Below are positions 33,035 to 41,907 of a stretch of DNA of 64,000 nucleotides, in pieces. The notes below the pieces were generated by a model that was given only the letters and a program-made list of their open reading frames with translations, did no database searches and had not been told where the DNA came from. Origin of the DNA: a bacterium (GTDB taxonomy: Bacteria; JADJOY01). The position numbers were made by a program, and so were the translations under genes. The DNA lies in assembly GCA_046331705.1 (NCBI GenBank), contig JAXLQJ010000009.1:124001-188000 (forward strand). The letters are read 5' to 3'. Position 1 is the stretch's first letter; each line of letters starts with the position of its first letter.

Positions 33035-34752
33035 CAGTGGAACTCCCGCTGCGGCCCATTCATCGGGCCAGGCACGTAGGAACGAAGCAACGATTCGAGG
33101 TTGCGACCGAGCACCGAGCGCAGATCGGCCGGCATCACGATCTCCGAGATCGAGCCCAGGGAGAGCGCTTCGCGGGGGTTCATGAGCTCGCGCTCGTAGC
33201 GCAGGTTGATCTGCGCTTCCTCGCCCTTGAGCCATTCCTGGGCGATGCGCCGCCCCTCGGCGGCCGCGTCGTCGTGGCTCGCGCCGGACTTCGTGCGCGT
33301 CTCCGTCTCCTCGTGCTCGAGGGCGGCGGCGCGCGCGCGGAGGCGTCGCAGATCGTCCTTGTAGACGTATTCCTTGCCTGCAGGACCCATCACCGCCACG
33401 CGGGTCGTGGGCAGCGCGAGCACCAGATCGGCGCCGGTCGCGTAGCAGTTGAACGCCGCGTAGGCACCGCCGAAGGCGTTGCGCAGGATCAGCAGGATGC
33501 GCGGCGTGCGCACGTCGATGATCGCGTCGAGCATGGCGCGGCCGGCCTGGACGATGCCGCGGCTCTCCTGCTCCTTGCCGGGCAAGAAGCCGGTGGTGTC
33601 CTCCATGAAGACCGTGGGGATGTTGTAGATCGAGCAGAAGCGCACGAAGCGCGCGATCTTGTAGGCGCAGTCGACGTCGATCTGGCCGCTCGCCACGGCG
33701 CTGTTGTTGGCGATGAAGCCGACCACGTGGCCGCCCAAGCGGCCGAACGCGGTGATGGCGTTGCGGGCGCGGTCGGGCTGGATCTCGAAGTAGTCGCCGT
33801 GATCGCAGATCCGCTCGATCACGATCGACACGTCCATGGGCGTGTTGAAGCCGGTGGGCGAGTTGAACGCCTTGCGGAAGAGCGTGTCGATCTCGGTGGT
33901 CTTGCGGTCGATCGGATCGGTGGTCGGCTCGAAGGGCGCCATCACGCGATTCGAGCTCGGCAGGTACGAGAGCAGCCGCCGTGCGGTGCGCAACGACGCC
34001 AGCTCGTCCTGGACGCACAGGTCCACGACTCCGCTCGCGCCGTGCACCTTGGGCCCGCCCAGCTCGTCGGGGGTCACGTCCTCGCCGAGCACGCTCTTCA
34101 CGACGCCCGGGCCGGTGAGGCCGAAGAACGTGCCCTCGCACTGGATCATGAAGCTGCCCTGGCGCGGCAGATAGGCACCGCCGCCGGCATTGAAGCCGAA
34201 CATGCACATGATGCTCGGGACGACCCCGCTCACCTTGCGCAAGGCGGTGAACGCTTCGGCGTAGCCGTCCAGGCCGCCGATCCCCGCGGGAACGTATGCC
34301 CCCGCGCTGTCGTTCATGCCGACCAGGGGAATCCCGCGCTCCGCCGCCAGGTAGATCAAGTTGGCGAGCTTGCGGCCGTTGGTGGCGTCCATCGATCCGG
34401 CGCGCACGGTGAAGTCGTGGCCGTAGATCGCGACGTCGCGCCCGTCGAGCTTGGTCACGGCGGTGACGATCGAGGCGCCGTCGAGGTTCTTGCCCCAGTT
34501 CTGCCACAGCACCGTGGGGCGGGCGTCCGCGTCCTGGAGCGCCTCGATGCGCTCCCAGACCGTCATCCGCTCCTTCGCGTGCTGGCGGATGCGCGCCGCG
34601 GTTCCCGCCGCCTCGAACGGGCGGCGGCGCAGCTCCTCGCCATCGCGGAGCGCCTGATCGTAGGGCGCGAGGACCGCGTCCTTGGGAGCGGCGGCCGGGC
34701 CCTCGGCCAAGGGATCGTCGATCGTTGGTTTGAGCGGTCGAGCCTCACTCAT
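33034..34752 (-). CDS. Acyl-CoA carboxylase carboxyltransferase subunit
   Basis: [47 protein letters not shown]. Confidence 0.93.
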   Translation of the reverse strand: MSEARPLKPTIDDPLAEGPAAAPKDAVLAPYDQALRDGEELRRRPFEAAGTAARIRQHAKERMTVWERIEALQDADARPTVLWQNWGKNLDGASIVTAVTKLDGRDVAIYGHDFTVRAGSMDATNGRKLANLIYLAAERGIPLVGMNDSAGAYVPAGIGGLDGYAEAFTALRKVSGVVPSIMCMFGFNAGGGAYLPRQGSFMIQCEGTFFGLTGPGVVKSVLGEDVTPDELGGPKVHGASGVVDLCVQDELASLRTARRLLSYLPSSNRVMAPFEPTTDPIDRKTTEIDTLFRKAFNSPTGFNTPMDVSIVIERICDHGDYFEIQPDRARNAITAFGRLGGHVVGFIANNSAVASGQIDVDCAYKIARFVRFCSIYNIPTVFMEDTTGFLPGKEQESRGIVQAGRAMLDAIIDVRTPRILLILRNAFGGAYAAFNCYATGADLVLALPTTRVAVMGPAGKEYVYKDDLRRLRARAAALEHEETETRTKSGASHDDAAAEGRRIAQEWLKGEEAQINLRYERELMNPREALSLGSISEIVMPADLRSVLGRNLESLLRSYVPGPMNGPQREFH

Positions 34753-35191
34753 CGTCGGTCACACCTCGCGAATGTGGAAGCGGCGCAGCGGCGTAGCGAG
34801 ATCGCTGCCGCTCGGCGCTCGAACGATAGCGTTCGAGTATGGCCAGGAACGCGCCGTCTGTCGCCCGATCTCGGGGCACGATTCGGCGGGAATCCGGAAC
34901 CGCATCGGCGCCTTAGGTCGGCGGCGTCGACCCGAGGGAGCGCGCGCTGCGGCGGGGCGCGACGCACTGCGCCGTGGACCCGAGAAGCAGGCTCGCGACG
35001 CGCTCTCGAGAAGCGGTCTCGCGAGGTGGAGACACCGAGGCGAGCGTGCGGCGCTCCACGGCGTCCGCGCCGCTCGGAGGCTGTTGCGCGTCGTGCTTCA
35101 CACGGCGCCAGGCTCCTCGCGCTGGGCTCCTCGCGCTGCCCCGCCGGCAAGATGCCCACGGGGACCGGGCAGTTCGTGCTCGACACGGTGC

Positions 35192-35336
35192 AGGATTCCT
35201 GACTCCGCTCAGTCGCATTCCTGACGACGGCGGCAAAAACCTCCCGGCAAGAATGGACCAACACTTTGAATTCATTGCTGATTACACCCCGTCAGGGTCG
35301 CCGCATCTCGGGTGCTGATTTGGTACACCCGATGCA
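35192..35336 (+). promoter_or_regulatory. Sigma54 promoter architecture upstream of the CocE/NonD gene (UAS repeat, IHF-like site, -24/-12)
   Basis: ATTCCTGAC at 35195 and 35217; IHF-like ATTCAAAGTGTTG (minus, 35259-35271); TGGTACACCCGATGCA at 35321-35336. Confidence 0.55.
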
Positions 35337-35392
35337 CCTCCGGTTCGCCGTCCTCGGGCTATTCGAGTCAAAGAATCGACGGGATCCAGGTC

Positions 35393-36997
35393 ATGAGACG
35401 GCAATCGACGACGGCGCGCGGGCTGCTCGCGCTCTCCGCCCTCGTGTTGGCGGCTGTGACGAGCGGTTGCCGCCTTGCGGCGCAGCCCGTCCAGATCCCC
35501 ATGCGAGACGGGAAGTTCCTGGCAGCCGATGTCTACCTCCCCGCTTCCACCGGCCACTGGCCCACCATCTTGATCCAGACGCCCTACGATCGATCGGTGT
35601 ACCAGCTTCAGCTGCCGTTCCAGGCCGACAACTACGCGTTCGTGATCGTGGACATGCGCGGCTACTTCGGCTCCGTCGGCGCGATCAACCCCTCGGCGAA
35701 GCCCGGGCAAGACGGCTACGACTGTGTCGAGTGGATCGCCCAGCAGAGCTGGAGCGACGGCAAGGTCGGCACCTGGGGCCCATCGGCGCTGGGCGTGGTC
35801 CAGTTCCAGACGGCGCGTGAGCATCCGCCCCACCTCTTCGCCGCCGTCCCGCAAGTCGCCGGCTTCATCACCACCTACGGCAACTACTTCCCGAACGGGA
35901 CCGAGCGCAAGGAGTACGTCGACGCCCTGAGCGGAGGCGTCTCGAGCCTGGGTGCGAGCACGATCCTCCAGCACCCGACCCGCGACGGCTGGTGGAACGC
36001 GGTCGAGTCGGGGTCGGACTACGCCTCCGAGCTCGACGTGCCGATGCTCGTGGTGGGCGGCTGGTACGACCACCGCACCGACGACCTGGTCTCCTCCTAT
36101 CGCAGCCTGGTGACGAAGAGCTCGGCCGCGGTACGCAACGAGCACCGCTTGCTCGTCGGCCCGTGGCAGCACGAGCACGTCGACGAGGACACCGCTGGCG
36201 CCGTGACCTACGCCGACGCCGCGGGCATCGCCGCCGCCGACACCGTCGCCTTCTTCGACAAGCATCTGCGCGGCGTGGGCGACGGGCCGAGCGGCGAACG
36301 CGTGAAGTGGTACGACCTCGGCAATCAACGCTGGGAAGAAGCGACGGACTGGCCGCCGGCGCAAGCCTCGAACCACGTCCTCTACTTCGGCACCGGCGGC
36401 GCGCTGGTCGCGGCACCGCCGATCGAGTCGACCGCCGCCACCGGTTTCAGCTACGACCCGGCGGATCCTTCGCCGACCGTGGGCGGCGCCAACTTCCAGG
36501 AAGACGTGATGCCGAGCGGGCCCCAGGATCAGGCCACCGTCGAGGCCCGCGGCGACGCGATCACGTTCACGTCGGAGACGCTGGCGAGCGACGTCACCCT
36601 GGCCGGCAAGGCGAGCGTCCTGCTCTACGCCTCCTCGGATCGAACCGACACGGACTTCGTCGTTCGCCTCACCGACGTCGCGCCCGACGGCACCTCGATG
36701 CTCGTCACCGACGGCGCGCGCAAGGGTCGCTTCCGCAACGGCGTCAGCCAGCAGCAGCTGCTGACCCCGGGCAGCGTGTACTCGTTCCAGGTCGATCTGC
36801 CGGCCACCGCCATCACGTTCAAGGCGGGACACAAGATCCGCGTGATCGTGAGCTCGTCGAACTACCCGCGCTACTACGCCAACCGCAACGACGGCGGCAC
36901 GCTCTACGACGCCAACGCACCCTTCCTGGTGGCGCAGAACACGATCTTTCACGACGTGAGCCACCCCTCGCAGCTGGTGCTGCCGACCGCGAACTGA
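35393..36997 (+). CDS. CocE/NonD-family (S15) hydrolase, putative lipoprotein
   Basis: IPMRDG, QTPY, DMRG, DGYDCVEWIAQQSWSDGKVG, GPSALG, GGWYD, GPWQH, SSSNYPRY; AVTSGC lipobox-like. Confidence 0.9.
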   Translation: MRRQSTTARGLLALSALVLAAVTSGCRLAAQPVQIPMRDGKFLAADVYLPASTGHWPTILIQTPYDRSVYQLQLPFQADNYAFVIVDMRGYFGSVGAINPSAKPGQDGYDCVEWIAQQSWSDGKVGTWGPSALGVVQFQTAREHPPHLFAAVPQVAGFITTYGNYFPNGTERKEYVDALSGGVSSLGASTILQHPTRDGWWNAVESGSDYASELDVPMLVVGGWYDHRTDDLVSSYRSLVTKSSAAVRNEHRLLVGPWQHEHVDEDTAGAVTYADAAGIAAADTVAFFDKHLRGVGDGPSGERVKWYDLGNQRWEEATDWPPAQASNHVLYFGTGGALVAAPPIESTAATGFSYDPADPSPTVGGANFQEDVMPSGPQDQATVEARGDAITFTSETLASDVTLAGKASVLLYASSDRTDTDFVVRLTDVAPDGTSMLVTDGARKGRFRNGVSQQQLLTPGSVYSFQVDLPATAITFKAGHKIRVIVSSSNYPRYYANRNDGGTLYDANAPFLVAQNTIFHDVSHPSQLVLPTAN

Positions 36998-37076
36998 GGC
37001 GCCAGCGCACGGCGGCGCGCGCGCTTCGCGCCGCCGCTTGATCGGCGCGAAGCCTCGCCGCTACGCTCGCGTCGCG

Positions 37077-38087
37077 ATGTCGGAAGCCGCACCTCGTCTC
37101 AAGCCGATCGGCAACACGGCGCTCGCCCGCCTCAATCTCGGCAAGGCGCTGCTCCAGAAGGGCCGCCACGGCCAGGCGCTCGTCGAGTTCGACGCCGCCG
37201 TGCGGGAGAACCCGGAGCTCGCCGAGGCGCACCTCGGCAAGGGGCTCATCCTGGCGCGGCGCGCCGAGTTCACGGCCGCGCTCGCCGCGATCGAACACGC
37301 CCTCGCTCTCGACCCGGAGCTCGCCACCGCGTGGCTGGTCCGCGCCCACGTGCACATGGAGCTCGGCGCCTGGGACGAGGCGCTCGCGGCAGCCGAGCGC
37401 GCGGTGGCGATCGGCGAGAACCCGCCCCGGCGTGCAGCAGCCGAGGAAACCAAGGAGGGCGAGCCGCGCCCCTCCGACGACAAGCGTGACAAGGCCTACG
37501 TCATCCAGGGCACGGTGCTCATGCACCTCGGCCGCGAGGGCGAGGCGATCCGCTCGTTCGAGGCGGCGCTGCGCCTCAATCCCAACCTGATCCAGGCCCG
37601 CCTCAAGCTCGCCCATCTGCTCGTGAGCCAGGGGGAGGAGCAGCGCGCCATCGAGCAGGTGACGATCGCGCAACGGCTGAATCCCCTCAACTACCAGGGC
37701 CGCATCGGCGTCGGCGACGTGTTCCGCAGCCACAAGCGCTTCGACGAGGCCATGCGCGAGTACAAGGCGGCGTGCGAGATGGCGCCGCTGCAGGCCTTGC
37801 CCTGGCTCAAGCTCGGCGAGCTCTACGTGGAGATGAAGCTCCCGAGCGACGCGGCCTTCGCGTTCCGCACCGCGCTCAAGCTCGACGCGAAGCAGGCGAA
37901 GGCGCTGGTCGAGCTGGGGCGCATCCATCTCGACCAGGGCAACGTGACCGAGGCGCTCGAGGTGCTGCGCGCCGCGGTCGCGATCGACGCGCGCTATCCC
38001 GAGGCGAGCGAGCTGCTGGAACGCGTGGAGCGCACCTTCGGCGCCGAGCGGGCGCCGGCAGCGCCGCCTTCCCCGCCGTCGAGCTGA
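37077..38087 (+). CDS. Tetratricopeptide repeat protein
   Basis: About eight TPR units (LG..L...G...A...F..A...P). Confidence 0.85.
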   Translation: MSEAAPRLKPIGNTALARLNLGKALLQKGRHGQALVEFDAAVRENPELAEAHLGKGLILARRAEFTAALAAIEHALALDPELATAWLVRAHVHMELGAWDEALAAAERAVAIGENPPRRAAAEETKEGEPRPSDDKRDKAYVIQGTVLMHLGREGEAIRSFEAALRLNPNLIQARLKLAHLLVSQGEEQRAIEQVTIAQRLNPLNYQGRIGVGDVFRSHKRFDEAMREYKAACEMAPLQALPWLKLGELYVEMKLPSDAAFAFRTALKLDAKQAKALVELGRIHLDQGNVTEALEVLRAAVAIDARYPEASELLERVERTFGAERAPAAPPSPPSS

Positions 38088-38121
38088 GGCCCGCGCCGGG
38101 CCGCGCCTGACCTCGTCCGGG

Positions 38122-38973
38122 TCAGCGGTGGAACGCGGCGAGGAATTGCCAGAGCATCTCGGAGGCGTCGACGGTCGCGACCAGGCGGCCGGTGTTCAGG
38201 TGCTCGGAGATGTCGACGCCGCCCGGCCAGGTGTGACCGCCTTCGGGCAGCGTGACCACCACGACCGGCGCGCCCTCCGGGCCATCCGGCGCGAAGCGCT
38301 CGATCCGGCAATCCTTGCCGTCCACCGTCTCGACCGCCGCCGCTCGGCAGCGATTGACGCGACGCCACCACGCGATGGTATCCGGCACCGGCCGGTAGTC
38401 CACCCGCGAGAACTGATTCTCGCCGATGCCGCCCGCGAACTGCACGTTGCGGTCCGCGAGCCCGTGCACGTGGATGACGGGGGTGGGAAGGCGCGGCGCC
38501 GGCCCATCGAAGGTGAGCGTCGCGCTCACCACGCCGATCGCCGCGAATCGCTCCGGCACCTCGCACGCGAGGCGATAGCAGAACATGCCGCCGTTCGAGA
38601 ATCCCACCGCATGGGTACGCGCGGGATCGACCTCGACGCGGCTGCCGATCGCGTCGAGCAACGCCAGCGTGAAGCCCACGTCGTCCGAGCCCACGCGCAT
38701 CGCGTAGCCGCAGCAGGCACCCGCGTTCCAGGTGAGCATCCGATCGCGGAAGCGGCCGATCCCGTCCGGGTAGGCGACGACGAAGCCGTGCTTGGCGGCC
38801 ACGCGGTCGAGACCGCTCTGGCGCCGCATCAGCGCGGCGGTCCCCAGGCCGCCGTGGAAGGCCACCACCAAGGGCACGCGCGTGCCGGCGGCGAGCGTCG
38901 GCGGCACGACCACGAGCGCGCGCCGCTCGCGGCCGTCGTGCTGCAGACGGATCTCGACCGCGCTCGAGTCCAT
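38122..38973 (-). CDS. LpqC/PHB depolymerase-family esterase
   Basis: VVAFHGG, VAYPDG, WNAG.CC, GFSNGG, HG.AD, GGHTWPG; no signal peptide. Confidence 0.85.
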   Translation of the reverse strand: MDSSAVEIRLQHDGRERRALVVVPPTLAAGTRVPLVVAFHGGLGTAALMRRQSGLDRVAAKHGFVVAYPDGIGRFRDRMLTWNAGACCGYAMRVGSDDVGFTLALLDAIGSRVEVDPARTHAVGFSNGGMFCYRLACEVPERFAAIGVVSATLTFDGPAPRLPTPVIHVHGLADRNVQFAGGIGENQFSRVDYRPVPDTIAWWRRVNRCRAAAVETVDGKDCRIERFAPDGPEGAPVVVVTLPEGGHTWPGGVDISEHLNTGRLVATVDASEMLWQFLAAFHR

Positions 38974-38976
38974 GGC

Positions 38977-39735
38977 TCAGCCCGCGGCGGGTTCGGGCTT
39001 CGGCTTGCGCTTGCGCGCGCCGAGCGGCGCGATCTGGACGTTGAGCAGCGTGGTGTCCGCCGGCAGCGCCAGCAGCGCCACGATCAGCTCGCCCACCCGC
39101 TCGGGAGGCAGCGCGTCGCCGGGCTTGGGCACCGGATGATTCTGCTCCCACATCGGCGTGTCGATCGCGTGCGGGCAGATCACCTGCACGCGCACGCCGT
39201 CGCGCCGCACTTCCTCGGCGAGCACCTGACTCAGGCCCACCACGCCGAACTTGGAGGCGCAGTAGGCGCCATCGTGGGCGCGCCCCACCAAACCGGACAC
39301 GGAGGACACGTTCACGATCGAGCCCGAGTGCTGCGCGACGAGCGTGGGCAGCACCGCGCGATTGCTCAGGAAGGTCCCCTTCAGGTTGATGGCGATGACG
39401 TCGTCCCACTCCTCGACCGTGATCTGCGCCACCGGCTTGGGCGGCGTGCCGCGCTTGCGCAGGATGCCCGCCGCGGCGACCAGACCATCGAGCCGGCCGA
39501 AGCGCGTCAACGTCGCCTGGACGAGCGCCTGGTTCTCGGTCTCGCTGCGCGCGTCGTAGGCGAACGCCAGCGCGCGCTCCGCGCCGAGCTCGTCCACGAG
39601 CTCCTGGGCGCGTTCGGCGGACACGTCCGCGACGGTGACACGACCGCCTTCGGCCACGATCCCGCGGCACGTCGCGCGCCCGATCCCGCCGGTGCCCCCC
39701 GTCACGATGATCACTTGGTCGTCGAGCCTACCCAT
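38977..39735 (-). CDS. Short-chain dehydrogenase/reductase (intact motifs)
   Basis: TGGTGGIG, NVSS, YCASK. Confidence 0.92.
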   Translation of the reverse strand: MGRLDDQVIIVTGGTGGIGRATCRGIVAEGGRVTVADVSAERAQELVDELGAERALAFAYDARSETENQALVQATLTRFGRLDGLVAAAGILRKRGTPPKPVAQITVEEWDDVIAINLKGTFLSNRAVLPTLVAQHSGSIVNVSSVSGLVGRAHDGAYCASKFGVVGLSQVLAEEVRRDGVRVQVICPHAIDTPMWEQNHPVPKPGDALPPERVGELIVALLALPADTTLLNVQIAPLGARKRKPKPEPAAG

Positions 39736-39932
39736 GCCGCCACCTCTCCTCTCGTGTGCGACGCACCCGGCCCGCCGCCGCGCGTGCGCGCCGTTCGCCG
39801 CGGGCGAGCAGCGGTCGCGATTCCGCCCGACGGCTCTCGCGCAGCGCCTGCGTCACCGTGTACCCGCGCCGGCGTGACCCCGCTCGCCCGTCCCCGTCGC
39901 CGCGAGACGCGGGCGAGCTCGCGCGCGACGAT

Positions 39933-40238
39933 TCACGCCGCGCCGAATTGCTTGGCGAGGAAATCGACGACGTCACCGACGCGGATGTCCTCGACGTACT
40001 TCCCATCCTCCATGAGGATGTCCTGGAACGGCAGATCGCGACGCTGATAGTGCTCCTCGAGCGCCGTGACGAAGTGCACGACGTCGATCGACTCGAACGA
40101 CAGATCGTTCACCAAGCGCGTCTCCTCGCCGAGCCCGGCGCCGAAGTCGACGTCCCAGTCCGCGGTGAGCTCGGTGAGCACCTTGATCACGTCGGCCAAC
40201 ACCGCATCGCGGGTAGCCGGTCCCCCTTGTGCCGCCAT
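39933..40238 (-). CDS. Stand-alone acyl carrier protein
   Basis: Small acidic protein, DLSFESIDVV, AGGAG before ATG 40238. Confidence 0.8.
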   Translation of the reverse strand: MAAQGGPATRDAVLADVIKVLTELTADWDVDFGAGLGEETRLVNDLSFESIDVVHFVTALEEHYQRRDLPFQDILMEDGKYVEDIRVGDVVDFLAKQFGAA

Positions 40239-40299
40239 CTCGATTCTCCTTTCGGCGTTGTGCTTCGCCAAAACGTCCGGTCTAGCACACCCCCGCGGT

Positions 40300-41055
40300 T
40301 CAGCCGTCGGCGCTCGGCCGCGTCGCGGCCTTGCGCGCGCGCGACCGGCCGCCGCTGAAGGGCTGGACCACCAGATTCTCGCAACACGCATCGGCAGGCA
40401 GGCCGAGACAGAAGAGCACGGCGTCGGCGATGCGCTCGCCGGACGGGGAGCCGCCGGCGGGGCCGTCTCCGCCCGCGATCTCGAGCGCGGTGGGAGCGAG
40501 GACGCATTGGACGCGCACGCCGAACGCGCGCACCTCCTCGGCCAGCGACTCGCTCATGCCGATCACTCCGGCCTGGGCCGCGCTGCCGATCGAGTCGAAC
40601 GCGCGCCCCTTGCGGCCGCTGGTCGCCGCCACGTTGACGACCTCGCCGCGCCGCTGCGCGGTGAGCGCCTTGAGCGCGGCGCGATTGGCGAAGAACGCCC
40701 CGCGCAGCTCCGGACCCACGATCGCCTCGTAGCCGCCGTCGTCCACCTCGAGCAACCCACCCGCGCCGACGGTGCGCTTCGCCGCCAGGCCGGCGGCGTG
40801 CACCAAGGCGTCGAGCTTGCCGAAGCGCTCCCGCGCGGCCGCGACCATCCCCTCGCACGCCTCGGCGCTGGCGAGGTCGCACGCGTGCGTCGCGAGCGCC
40901 TCGCTCGCGAGCGTCGCCGGCAACGCGGCGAGCGCGTCCCCGTCCGCGTCCACCGCCAGCACCGACGCACCGCGCGCCAGCAACGCGCGCGCGATCGCGA
41001 GACCTGCATCGCGCGCTGCACCCGTGACGATCACCACCGCACCGCCGATCTCCAT
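40300..41055 (-). CDS. SDR-fold protein lacking catalytic YxxxK
   Basis: TGAARDAG; GSAAQ where the paralogues have YCASK; otherwise collinear with the neighbouring SDRs. Confidence 0.8.
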   Translation of the reverse strand: MEIGGAVVIVTGAARDAGLAIARALLARGASVLAVDADGDALAALPATLASEALATHACDLASAEACEGMVAAARERFGKLDALVHAAGLAAKRTVGAGGLLEVDDGGYEAIVGPELRGAFFANRAALKALTAQRRGEVVNVAATSGRKGRAFDSIGSAAQAGVIGMSESLAEEVRAFGVRVQCVLAPTALEIAGGDGPAGGSPSGERIADAVLFCLGLPADACCENLVVQPFSGGRSRARKAATRPSADG

Positions 41056-41115
41056 CTCCTCGCCCTCTTCCTTCCTCGCCCGCCGCCGCGATCCCCGCCT
41101 GCGACCGGGACTCGC

Positions 41116-41907
41116 TCAATGCCCCTTCTGCTGATAGGAGCCGGCGCTCGACGGCAGCACGACGGGCTGATCGAAGCGCACGTCCCACGGCTGCGCCAGG
41201 CAGTCCACGACGAACTCGCCGACCGTCTCGGGACGCAGCAAACCGCCCACGGTGAGCTGCGTGCCTTGCACCATCGGCGTGTCGACCATGTCGGGCAGCA
41301 TGGTGATGACGCGGATCCCGTGCGGCTCGAGCTCCTCCACCAGCGACTGCGAGAACGCGTTGAGCGCGTGCTTGGACGCGCAATAGCTCGCCGCGTACGC
41401 GTAGCCACGTCGGGCCGCGGGCGCCGACGAGACGTTGAGGATCTGACCACCGCCGCGCTCGCGCATCAGCCGTGCAGCCACCTGGCAGCACAGGAAAGCA
41501 CCGCGCAGATTGGTGTCCACCACGTCGTCCCATTCCTCGCGGCTCAGGTGCATGAGCGCCAGTGGCAGGCCCTTGCGGGAGCGCGGGCTCGCGCCGAGGC
41601 CGGCGCTGGTCACCAGCAGGTCCACGCGGCCGAAGCGCGCCAGCGTCGCGGCGAAGAGCGACTCGATCGAGCCGCGCTCGCGGACGTCGCAATCGGCGAT
41701 GCCGAGCCCCTCCGGGACGCTCGCCGCCGCGGCCGCCACTCGCGCGGCGTCGCGCCCGGCGACCACCACTCGCACGCCGCGGCGTCCCAGCTCGCGGACC
41801 ACGGCGAGCCCGATCCCGCTCGATCCGCCGGTCACCACCGCGACCTGGCCGCGGAGATCCGCGCCCGGACCGCGTGCGGGCTCACGCCGCTCGACGGCCG
41901 CGCTCAC
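41116..41907 (-). CDS. Short-chain dehydrogenase/reductase (intact motifs)
   Basis: TGGSSGIG, NVSS, YCASK; GTG 41907 overlaps the upstream stop. Confidence 0.9.
   Translation of the reverse strand: MSAAVERREPARGPGADLRGQVAVVTGGSSGIGLAVVRELGRRGVRVVVAGRDAARVAAAAASVPEGLGIADCDVRERGSIESLFAATLARFGRVDLLVTSAGLGASPRSRKGLPLALMHLSREEWDDVVDTNLRGAFLCCQVAARLMRERGGGQILNVSSAPAARRGYAYAASYCASKHALNAFSQSLVEELEPHGIRVITMLPDMVDTPMVQGTQLTVGGLLRPETVGEFVVDCLAQPWDVRFDQPVVLPSSAGSYQQKGH

Noticed and set aside
33035-34507. N-terminal extension making the carboxylase 1428 aa
   Set aside because: Arg-rich off-frame overlap of the carboxyltransferase; real start is ATG 33034
35225-35300. c-di-GMP-I riboswitch suggested by GGCAAA
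   Set aside because: No matching P2 stem, GNRA loop or GCAAAG segment; better explained as a promoter region
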